A stretch of DNA of 59,129 nt, counting the filler, from Rhizaria sp. SCN 62-66 (lineage: Eukaryota), in NCBI GenBank assembly GCA_001724265.1. It is 4 parts of 4 records of this genome, joined end to end, with 100 filler letters (N's around TTAATTAATTAA, not from the genome) between each part and the next. Parts side by side here need not be neighbours in the genome. Positions count along the whole stretch, not along the records: positions 14,755 to 29,973 come from MEDY01000504.1; positions 30,074 to 44,600 come from MEDY01000506.1; 2 more parts are not named here. One strand, given 5' to 3'. Under the pieces are notes generated by a model that was not told where the DNA came from, made no database searches, and was given only the letters and a program-made list of their open reading frames with translations. The position numbers and the translations under genes are program-made. Positions 20,583 through 30,588 of the stretch are shown in pieces (the stretch's first letter is position 1; each line of letters begins with the position of its first letter).

Positions 20583-21262
20583 TCACCGGCGGGCAGGCAC
20601 GGGCACGTTGATGGTCTGCGTCAAGTGCTTGTCGAACAAGTTGCTGCGCGGGTGACACAAACGCAAAAAGCAAGAAACAGGTGATTATATAGAAATAAGC
20701 GGTGCTTCACTATCATATCAACAAAGTTTGAAGGAATCAATGCGTGTTGAGTGAGTTAAAGAGCTCAAGAAAGGACGTACCAGCGGATGGGCTCATTGAC
20801 AACATAGAAGGGGTTTTTGAGCACGTAGTCGGTGTAGAGCAGCACAAGCTGCTTCATCAGCGTCTCCGCCGCAGTGTACTGCGGGGTGGTGATGAGGATG
20901 AACTTGAGTCCCGTGAGCGTCTGGTGGCACTGGAGCTTGAAGTTGCTCGCCTCCACGGTCTGGATCCCGTTCGGGGTCGTCAGCGGGACGAGGTTGGGCG
21001 GCAGCCGCGTCGCTGCGGGCGCGGCCGCGGCGGCCGTGGGCGGCGCGTAGGGGTCGGCGGAGACGCTGGGAGAGAGCACAGGCCCGATCTCGTGCGAGGA
21101 GACGGTGTGCAGCGCGTAGAAGATGGAGCCCATGAGGAAGCGCGTATTGGAGGAGATCCACGACATGGCGGGATCGAAGTCGCGCTGGTAAAGCAGGGCA
21201 CCGTCTTTGGAGATAATGTAGATCGAGTACACCGTCTCCTTAAGACGGGCGGCGTCGGCCAT
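20583..21262 (-). CDS. TRAPPC4: TRAPP complex subunit 4 (synbindin/Trs23), ~180 aa (exons 21262-20781, 20643-20583)
   Basis: VYSIYIISKDGALLYQRDF, GIQTVEASNFKLQCHQTLTGLKFI, LYTDYVLKNPFY...PIRC-NLFD across a phase-2 intron. Confidence 0.9.
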
Positions 21263-21801
21263 CACGCAAGAAAGATGCTTAGGTTGGGGTGTGGAGCGAC
21301 GAAGAGGTCTGTGCTCGACGAGCGCGAGCAGTGCGAAGGCGGTGCGAAAGACGGAGGTGATAGAAGGCGTCAATGAAAAATTCAGAATATATTATTAAAT
21401 GTGGATATTTTAGTGCTAGTATAATTATCGAAAAAAGTAGTGGTACTTCATTTAACGGTTTTTTCTATTGCCTAATCGAACTTTTCATTCAGCTCCCCAG
21501 ATACTCTAGATAGAGAGGAGCCGCGCTGGAAGACGCAGCGCTGTTGCGTTCTTGACAACACGCAGTAAATAAACTCGTGTGCCTCGCAATAGACGCGATT
21601 TCAACAGTGATTCAAGTATACCAACCATTCAAGAATGAGTTCCGTAATAACAATTAATCACCCCCATTCTCTGCCCCCACATCAATCCTACTAGTTTAAC
21701 AATGTAGTCTCGCAACGCTTATGCTGTCAGCACAAGAAGCGCTGCCGCACGCTCGCATCGCATCGCACTGCGATGTGTCACCGCGCGTGGCGCACCGCTG
21801 C

Positions 21802-23506
21802 TTAGTACTGGCGCCAGCGGTGATTGCACTCAAGACAGCGGAGGAAGATGGTCATCGGTTCGTCGGCCGAGCGCGTCTGGCGCTGCGTGTAGCTACAGTT
21901 GCGTGACTTGCACTTCCCGCACGGGAACATGTCCGTGCCTTGCGCGCCCTGTTCCACGGAACACATAGGGGACGCGTGGTGAGAGCAGCAACAACCAGTG
22001 TCAAAGAGAAAGCAAGAGAATTGAGAGGGTGCAAGAGTTGACAAGTACAAACAAGAGATAGTGTACGTAATATAAAATACGTTATAGCAGAAAATAGCAA
22101 ACTCAAAATGAAACAAAACTTGACCAAAGCACGCTAAAACAGTAATTGAACATGAATACAACGTTAGTTCATAAAATATAAATGATATTGTCGATATATT
22201 TTTGTTTTCGTGTTTCGTACCTGGTTGATGTCGGTCTCGCGGCTCGCGTTGGCGTCCTTGATCAGAAGGTCACGCTTGTCGCGCACGGCCTTGGGCGCAA
22301 GCTGGAGCTCGTCCACGGTCGCAATGTCCTCGGTCGCGAGCTCGCCCGAGTACAGACGCTGGCGCAGCTCGGCGTTGTGGGGGTCGTTAAGGTTCGTGAG
22401 CAGCAGAAACCACTGCTTGCGGTACTCGGTGTTCGTGGTGCCGAAGTGCTTCAGCAGGGCGGTCTCCATCGAGACGGCCAGCTCCACGCGGAACACGTCC
22501 TGGCCGGACATGTCCACCAGCGCGTTGTAGAACGTCTTCTGTGCAGTGTGAGGAATGAAAGTTAGAGAAACAAACAAATTGATGCATCGAAGAGCAAATG
22601 AGATTGAGATGTAATGAAGATATTAGTTGGGTTTGATCGTAGTAGTTCTTATCAGTACTATAGTGTAAATTGAATTATACGTTATAGTGAACAATAGGAT
22701 GTTGGGGTGCTTATATCGGTGATAAATATGCGCAAACGTGCCTGGACCTTGTCGCGGAGCGCGTCGCCGGTGAGCGCGAGGCGCACCTCGGCGGCCGCAG
22801 CCTTGGCCGAGGTTGCCGCCGCCTTGTCGTAGTCGCGCGGGGACGCCACGCCGGCGGCAGAGGCGGACGCGGCAACGGGGGACGCGGTCGAGAGAGGGGC
22901 GAGTGCGACGGCGGCGTTGCCAGCCGCGGTCGGCGTGGCGGGGGCGGCCTGCTTGCCGCGGGGGCCGATGTCGCCGTCGGCGGCGGACATGTCGCTGGCG
23001 CCGCGCTTCAGCGAGCCCGCGGCGGAGAGCGGCAGCGCGCCCGAGCTGGCCGTCGACGAGCCCGACGCAGCGGCTGAGGGGCCGGAGGCGGAGGTCGGGG
23101 GGCCGGAGGCGGTCGGGGTGGCGGAGAGCGGAGACATTTGCAGCGTGCCGGCCTCGGCCTGCGCAATGATCTTGGCCTTGCAGCGGTCAATCAGCGCAGT
23201 AGCGCCGGAAACAACGCCCGTGTCGGCGCACTTGCGGAGGTTTTTGAGCACGACGTTGAGGCCCGAGGCGCGGAGCGAGTCGGGCGTAACGGGCGCGGAC
23301 TCGAGCTCGACCATCAGTGCAATCGCCTTGGCGTAGTCCTACAGGCGAGACAGAGAATAGAAGAGGCATATAAACAAGAGAAAAAAGACCCTAAAATGGT
23401 GTGGTACAACTGCAGTGTTTAGGGAACGTACCGGGGTATCACCAGATGTGAAGGTGCGGAGGGACTCGGTCGCCTCCGTGAGCTTCTTCGTCGCTTCGTC
23501 AGACAT
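21802..23506 (-). CDS. TCEA1: Transcription elongation factor TFIIS (~378 aa; exons 23506-23432, 23338-22742, 22538-22221, 21948-21802)
   Basis: N-terminal TFIIS domain ([15 protein letters not shown]), central domain ([14 protein letters not shown]), zinc ribbon CGKC...[10 protein letters not shown]...CLEC; intron 2 is GC-AG. Confidence 0.92.
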
Positions 23507-23980
23507 AGCTCTAAAGTGGTACAAAAGCAAAAAGTTGAGAGATACAGTTGAAATATAGTAAATTTAGCTCTAAGGTACATTCCGATTTCCCAGTGTTGTG
23601 TTCATTGACGGATGTTCCACGCTCTGCTTGACATGCGCGTTTTCGTTAATCACGACCTTTCTTGGCCTGCTGACTGCTGCTTTTGTGCAGCCTTGGACAA
23701 GAAAGGAAAGCCAACGTGATTCTGAGTACAAATGTTGAGCTTCAAGTTCATCCGTGTATTATTTGCAATTTTTATAACTAAGTAATGTAATACATCATTT
23801 TCTTGACCATTGCGCTTCTTTCACGCAGCGCCATACGTGGTATAAGTTGTTGACGCAGTCTGTGATTCTTTGTCACTGTGATAGGAAACAGTTAGATTTG
23901 ACTACACAGCCTTATCCACAGAACAGCAGCATGCAATTTCTTGCTGCTAGTCGCGAAGAGCACGACAAGGTTGTTGTTCT

Positions 23981-25499
23981 TCACTTGCGATCACTCCGCT
24001 CACGACTACGATCCTTACCATCACGGTCGCGGTCGCCGTCCTTACGGTCGCGATCACTGTGATCGCGATCACGGTCACTGCGGCTACTGCGCTCACGGTC
24101 ACGCTCTCGATCACGATCACTGCGGTCGCGGACGCTGCGTCCACGGTCACTCCGCTTACGGTCACTGCGCTCACGGTCACTCCGCTCACGGTCGCGGTCG
24201 CGACTGCGCTCACGGTCACTCCGCTCACGGTCACTCCGCTCACGGTCGCGACTGCTGCGGTCACGGTCACAAACACGATCACGGCTGCGGTCGCGGGTAC
24301 TTGAGCTACTGTGCTTTTCCTTGCTGCCCTCAGCCACAGGTGCAGTCTCAGCCGCAGCAACAGCATCAGTCTTGCCAGCAGCAGCAGCAGCAGCAGCAGT
24401 AGCAACAGGGTCCACACTGGTCGCATCGACAGCGGTAGCGGTCGAGTCACTCATCGCCCCAACAGCAGCAGCAGCAGGCGCAACAACAGCAACAACAGCA
24501 GCAGTGTCAGCAACAGCGTCTGCAGCAGAGCAGGGCTGGGGGGGCAGCACAGTGCGAACGCACTCGAGAGACGCACTGCGGCTGCGGCTGCTGCGCCCGC
24601 GCCCGGAGCTGCGGCTGCGGCGGCTGGACGACGAAGACGACGAGGACGAGCGGTGACGATCAGGGCTGCGGCTGCGGCGGCCGCTGCTATGACTCCGGTG
24701 GCGACCGCTAGAGCTGGAGCCAGAGCTAGAGCTAGAGCGCTTTGGACTGCGGCTGCGGCTGCGGCGGGAGCTGGTGCGGTGACGGTCGCGGTCGTATTCG
24801 CTGTCATACGAGTCGTAGCTATCGTAGCTATCGTAGCTGTCGTAGCTGTCGCAGGAGTCGTAGCTGTCGCCTGAGTCGCTGTAGCGCGAGCGCGACCGTG
24901 AGCGCCGGCGGGAGCGGCTTGACTTATAGTACGCCTTGCGGCGGCCGCTGCCCTTCTTGTCCTTCTTGTCTTTCTTATCCTTCTTGTCGGACTTCTTGTC
25001 CTTTTTGTCCTTTTTGTCCTTCTTGTCCTTCTTGGCGGTTTCGGCCGAGGTCCCGACCTTGCCCGCGTTGGCGCGGCGGCGCTCGTCGAGCTTCTCCTGC
25101 CGCTCGCGGTCGAGCTGCTTGCGGTACTCCACCATGTCTTCGTCGCTATTCGTGGAGGAAGCAACAGTGAGTGAAATTCAGAGTTCGCGTTGTAAAAGGA
25201 GTAGAAAGTTGAAGTGTGAGCTGACTTAAGACATAAACATCAAAAATAGAGAATACATTCCATATAAAAGGCGCAAATAGCAAAATAATCAATATTCTTG
25301 CGTTATATATCTTTGTTTTTGAGCAAAGACAAGAGAAAGAGACGTACGTTTGACCAGTGCCGGTGAGCGCTTCGAGCTGCTCCTTGTGCTTCTTGCGGAA
25401 GTCCTCAAAGCGCATGCGCTCTTTGGGCTTGGCCGTGAGCTCCGCCTCGCGCTTCTGCCTTTCGTACTCGGACACGCGTTTGAACTCGCCTTGATCCAT
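23981..25499 (-). CDS. Lys/Arg/Ser/Asp-rich (RS/RD-repeat) probable nuclear protein, ~438 aa (exons 25499-25348, 25145-23981); loose FAM133-like N-terminus
   Basis: Phase-2 intron GTACGT...AATAG joins MDQGEFK...GQT to DEDMVEYRKQLDRERQEKL; KKDK, SYD, RS and SDRER repeats. Confidence 0.75.
24143..24247 (-). repeat. Imperfect 15-bp coding tandem repeat (SDRER units)
   Basis: Repeated cacggtcactccgct on the + strand; translates RERSDRERSDRE on the - strand. Confidence 0.7.
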
Positions 25500-26359
25500 C
25501 GTGCGCGAGTGGAAGCCAGAGCAAGAGCTGCTGGTCGAGTGTTAAGTTGGGGTGGGGTTTTGAAAGTGTCTAAGCAAGAGATAAAACAAAAATCAGTCAG
25601 AGATAAGAATATAAGGCGCGTTAAAATGTCTAGGTAAGCTAGTATATATGTGAGATTTGATTGATTGAGATGCACACATTGAGCTGGCTCTTGAATCTTC
25701 TTTCCACCCTCTCTGGATTCTTCGGGCCTTGCTCCATCTTTGATCGATTTGAAAGAGAGCAGCTGACTCAAGATAAATAGCTCGTAGTAAACACATTAAA
25801 AGAGAAGGATGCATGTTTCAAAGTGTTGGAGTTGCGCAAAAACAGCCTTCTTCTAGCTAGGTGGAGGTTTGAGTGGTGAAGTTCTCGAACAGCATGACGT
25901 GGGTGGTCATCGCCACGCAGACAGCTGACAGCGCTTTGAAATCACGTCCTCAATAAAGATAATCAAGAAAATATAGTTACACTATATTGTTATTTCAACA
26001 CACCAAATGGCATATCTAAGCGACGGTCTTTGGATGGAGATCTGCTGTAATCTCAGTGACGAGACGTTGGACGAAGCACGCAAGCGTTTGAGGCCGAAAG
26101 AGAGAGCTGACTGAGATGACTTAAATTTTGTATTTTGGTTGGTTATTAGTTCGTACGTACAGAACCGTTACGCGTAGAGGGCATACAAGGAGTTAATATA
26201 TATGGTAATAATGCGAGTAATTGCCACTGCACGTTAATACAGTCGCAAAAGAAGAAAGAGGGAAAGCAGATAGCAAAACAAAGCAAGAAGTTCAGCACGA
26301 ATGAGTATCATGCGCGCGTCGCTCAGCGAGTGTTGCCGTTAGATTGCTTCGCAGCTCGC

Positions 26360-27514
26360 TTAGAGGTTGCCGCGGGCGTCCTGCTCGCGCTCGATGGACT
26401 CGAAAAGCGCCTTGAAGTTGCCGGCGCCGAAGCCGGAGAGGTTGCGACGCTGGATGATCTCGAAGAAGAGCGTGGGGCGGTCCTCGACGGGCTTGGAGAA
26501 GAGCTGGAGCAGGTAGCCCTTGTCGTCGAAGTCGACGAGGATGCCCAGGCGCTCGATCTCGTCCAGGTCCTCGGCGACCTGCACGGGCGACTTGGACAGA
26601 CGCACGCGGAGGTTGTCGTAGTACTTCTTGGGCACGGTCAGGAAGTCGACGCCGCGCGCGCGGAGGGCGGGGATCGAGGTGAGGATGCAGTCGGTGTTAA
26701 GCGCGATGTGCTGCACACCCGCGCCGCCGTGGTACTCGACGAACTCCTGCACCTGCGACTTGCGCAGGCCCTTGGCGGGCTCGTTGATGGGCATCTTGAC
26801 CTTCTCGTCGTAGTCGGTGACGACGATGGAGCGGAGAGCCGAGAACTCGGTCGAGACCTGGGAGTCGTCGACGGACCAGAAGCGGTGGAACGAGAGGACC
26901 TTCTCGTACCAGGCCACGGCGGGCTCCATCTCGAGATCGCCCTGGTTGCCGACGACGTGGTCGATGAAGTCGAGCTTGGTGTCGGGCAGCAGCTTCAGCA
27001 CGGGATCGGAGCCGGCCGCGATGGTCTTGAAGCCCGGGAGGAAGGGGCCGGTGAAGCCGGAGCGCTGGACGAAGGTGTGCTGGGTGTTGCCGTAGGACTT
27101 GACGGTGGCGACGGTGACGGTACCCTCGTGCTTGTCGTCCTTCAGCACCTTGGGCTCGGACACCGAGACGGCGCCGCGCTCGATGGCCTTGGTGTAGAGG
27201 CCGACGCAGTCCTCGACCTCAAAGGCGACGTCGCGGACGAAGTCGCCGCACTTGGCGAGCTCGGTCGCCATCTCCGACTCGACGGGGTTGAGCGGGGACG
27301 AGAACGCGAGCACGATCTTGTTCTGCTTGACGACCCAGGTGGAGACGTCGCGCGAGCCGGTCTCAAGGCCGGCGTAGGCCACAGGCTCCATGCCGTAGCG
27401 CACGGAGTAGTAGGACGCGGCCTGCTTGGCGTTGGAGCACCAGAAGTGAACGTGGTCGAAGCCGACGAACTTGCTGATGTCGGGGCGGGGGCCGGAGAAA
27501 GCGTACTCAGTCAT
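26360..27514 (-). CDS. HPD: 4-hydroxyphenylpyruvate dioxygenase, 384 aa
   Basis: GFDHVHFWCSNAKQAA, IDHVVGN, GVQHIAL, LLQLFSKPVEDRPTLFFEIIQR, GFGAGNFKALFESIEREQ; His/His/Glu iron ligands present. Confidence 0.97.
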   Translation of the reverse strand: MTEYAFSGPRPDISKFVGFDHVHFWCSNAKQAASYYSVRYGMEPVAYAGLETGSRDVSTWVVKQNKIVLAFSSPLNPVESEMATELAKCGDFVRDVAFEVEDCVGLYTKAIERGAVSVSEPKVLKDDKHEGTVTVATVKSYGNTQHTFVQRSGFTGPFLPGFKTIAAGSDPVLKLLPDTKLDFIDHVVGNQGDLEMEPAVAWYEKVLSFHRFWSVDDSQVSTEFSALRSIVVTDYDEKVKMPINEPAKGLRKSQVQEFVEYHGGAGVQHIALNTDCILTSIPALRARGVDFLTVPKKYYDNLRVRLSKSPVQVAEDLDEIERLGILVDFDDKGYLLQLFSKPVEDRPTLFFEIIQRRNLSGFGAGNFKALFESIEREQDARGNL

Positions 27515-28812
27515 CTTGTGTTTCTGTTGTCGATCGAAGCGAAAGATCGCGTGGAAAGGAACCAGGATGCAGGTTGTCGTGGGAGAGAAGTAAAAGAGAA
27601 GATATAACAGTAAGGATGAGCATGATGTCCGAAAATAAGAATTGGTAAGTGCATCGGAGCGTTTTGTGTGTTTGGACTACAAACCCAACGTGGATAAAAT
27701 GGGGACTAGTGATGAGAAACCGGAGCTAAAGCATAAGATCCGGATGACGATGATTGCTGCACCTTCGCTCATCACTAAATGACAGATACGAGGACATAAA
27801 CGCGCATATCACGGGAAAATAATTTAAAAAGTATAAGAGCGCAAAAAATACATGTTGCTGATATCCTAAATCGCGCCCCAACGACCCGGAATATCATCTA
27901 CAGCCCAGATTAAACGTGCTCTGATCACGTGCCTTCGGGGGTGTCTTCGAGGCCTCTCTGTCCGGTCTCGCCGAGAAGGGGCTGTCGGGACGGAAGTTAA
28001 GCCGGACTTGAAACAGGACTTCGTTAAATCAAGGCATATCTCCGTTAGCTCTGCGTGTATACGCTTTAAAGCTTATTACAGAGAATGTTTAAGTTATGAT
28101 ATATCGTTTGATACTGTTTATTGTTGTACTAGATGAAGTATGCCTGAAGTACACGTTGTTTTTTGTTGGGTTGATGTCGCGGCCAAAACAACTTTTGAGC
28201 CGATTTAACAGGTAAAATAGACCTTTCTAGTTACAAAAATACCTTGATACGATGTACCAAGAAAAACATAATCTAGATAATGGTGTTATGAGGACAAATC
28301 AGTCTAAGCGCGTCGGTAGGGGGTTCACGAGGCAAGTATATCACGCGACTTGAAGTGTTACTCGAAGTCATTTTGTGACGAAACAAGATGCCCAGCACTG
28401 AAGGTAGCTGTGGCTGCAACTGACAGTGTTAACGACGGATGTTAGTGCGATGTGCTTGCTTGATCTTTGCCGTTCCGCGGCTGAGCATGACTCCTGCATT
28501 GCACTGCACCACAGGAATCAATTCAAAAGCTGACCGCGAGCTCGCGACCCTTGAGGCATGAAAGTGTGAGGCAGACGGATCCGTCAGCAACGGCTGCAGC
28601 GCAGGTGCCGGCGACCTCAAGCGCGCAGACAGCCGCGTTGACTGAACGCCACTGCAGGGAATATTGCCAGCGGAGTTCGGGTTGCGTTGGGCTTGCGCAA
28701 CACATGGCCGGTTGGCGCAAAAAAAGAACGTGGGTGACCGTCACTCGGATGGACGGGTCAGAAAGTGTGCATCGTGCGAGCACGGAGGAAAAATAACAGC
28801 AAAAAAAAATTA

Positions 28813-28884
28813 AGGTCTTACCGAGATTCGAACTCAGGACTATTGGATCAGAGCCAATCGTACTAACCGCTATACTATAAGACC
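28813..28884 (-). tRNA. tRNA-Gln (CTG)
   Basis: Acceptor GGTCTTA/TAAGACC, anticodon arm ATTGG-CTCTGAT-CCAAT, T loop TTCGAAT, downstream T-run. Confidence 0.95.
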
Positions 28885-29216
28885 TTTCTATCACTTTGGA
28901 TCGCAGTAGATGATCCTACACAGTAGATTATTATTATATATAAAAAAAAGCCAGTTGAATTCTAGCTTTGCTCTTGGACATCTTCCTAATATCTTATGAA
29001 TTTGTTAACCTCGCTTTCCACATTTAATCTTTGAAGTAATATGAAATAGTCTTTTGTTAACGAGGTTAACGTCAATAGTAGGTCTACAGGGGAGGTTTGA
29101 TGGCCTTCATAAAATCATGCTTAATACTTAAAATTTGTCCGAAATGACCACTTACACCCTTTACACTTACATTTCGCTGTGTCTGAGGGCCCCTTACACA
29201 AGCTAAGTTCCTTAAG

Positions 29217-29288
29217 GGTCTTATAGTATAGCGGTTAGTACGATTGGCTCTGATCCAATAGTCCTGAGTTCGAATCTCGGTAAGACCT
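29217..29288 (+). tRNA. tRNA-Gln (CTG), identical inverted copy
   Basis: Same 72 nt as 28813-28884 in the opposite orientation; followed by TAATTTTT. Confidence 0.95.
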
Positions 29289-29390
29289 TAATTTTTGTTC
29301 ACGCTCACTCTGGTCCGCGCAGCGAAGCGAGCCCGATACTCGTATTAAATAACTCCTCTTTTTGCATCCGCCGTCGACGGCTATCTCACT

Positions 29391-29600
29391 GACAGTAGTA
29401 CTACTAGTACTACTACTACAGTAGTACTACTACTAGTACTACTACTAGTAACACTACTACTACTACTAGTAATACTACTAGTAGTACTAGTAATACTACT
29501 AGTAGTACTGTACTACTACTTCTTGACAGTTATGCAGCAACCGGAGCTGGAATCTGAGTCCTTATTGACCGTAACCTTAATATTACGAGTACTTACTAAG
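29391..29600 (-). pseudogene. TAG/CTA tract interpreted as a CpG-to-TpA hypermutated relic of a Gly/Ala-rich exon
   Basis: 29391-29520 has ~39 TA and no CG (hand count); TA-to-CG reversion gives minus-strand RDVEVAVNEDSDSSSGCCTTVKKRRRSAAGGVAGAAGG...; preceded on that strand by a polypyrimidine tract + TAG acceptor-like site at ~29596-29632. Confidence 0.55.
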
Positions 29601-29741
29601 TGCAGGAGAGGGAAGGAGAGGGATGGAAGTGACAAGTGAGAATAAAAGTGAGACATCTGACGATGCATACGATTTCAATTGACCCTCCATGTGAAAGACA
29701 GAATCGGGGCGGGACGAAGGACCGAGGGTTGATGTGTCGTA

Positions 29742-29973
29742 CTAATACTTGGCCGATTGGGAGTTGCGCATCAAACGGTAAAGGGCACGCGCTTGCTCGT
29801 TGGCGACCGCGAGCACGACAGCGTTCCACAAGTCGTTGCGGAGATGCGACTGGGTTTCACCAGCCTCAATCGGAACCTTGGCGGTGAGGAAGGTGGTCAC
29901 TGCCGCGTGAAAAGGGACAAGGCCGGTGATGCCGCCGGCTTGCACTGACGGGGTAGCAGCGCTCAGCACGACC
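29742..29973 (-). CDS. C-terminal fragment of an unknown ORF running off the contig end (possibly mobile-element derived)
   Basis: Open frame VVLSAATPSVQAGG...LWNAVVLAVANEQARALYRLMRNSQSAKY-TAG with coding-like codon usage; only ~76 codons visible. Confidence 0.4.
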
Positions 29974-30073
29974 NNNNNNNNNNNNNNNNNNNNNNNNNNN
30001 NNNNNNNNNNNNNNNNNTTAATTAATTAANNNNNNNNNNNNNNNNNNNNNNNNNNNNNNNNNNNNNNNNNNNN
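29974..30073. other. Artificial contig-joining linker
   Basis: N44-TTAATTAATTAA-N44. Confidence 0.97.

Positions 30074-30588
<515 letters not shown>

Noticed and set aside
19360-23506. Clustering of transcription genes (TAF10, TFIIS) as a functional cluster
   Set aside because: Only two genes, separated by TRAPPC4; the RPB7-like gene is on another contig.
24143-24247. Regular repeats as a possible CRISPR array
   Set aside because: Tandem coding repeats without unique spacers; eukaryotic context with no cas genes.
23941-24402. His/Cys-rich + strand ORF (HGHSAHG repeats) resembling a metal-binding protein
   Set aside because: Antisense reading of the SDRER repeat of the RS-rich gene.
26330-27607. 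425-aa + strand ORF antisense to HPD (likewise 2604-3794, 40173-42608, 35406-36890 and others)
   Set aside because: Shadow ORFs caused by C/G-ending codon bias on the true coding strand; no recognisable motifs.
28420-28800. GC-moderate block downstream of tRNA-Gln as RNase P/MRP RNA or a SINE
   Set aside because: No convincing conserved boxes found by eye, and a T-run terminator separates it from the tRNA; an Infernal/Rfam search would be needed.
28813-29288. tRNA-Gln as suppressor tRNAs or evidence of stop-codon reassignment
   Set aside because: The anticodon is CTG (normal CAG decoding); modelled genes end at TAA/TGA and have no in-frame stops.
29391-29520. Telomeric repeat or simple retrotransposon tail
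   Set aside because: No constant unit or strand polarity; the mixed CTA/GTA/ATA pattern is better explained by TA-for-CG substitution.
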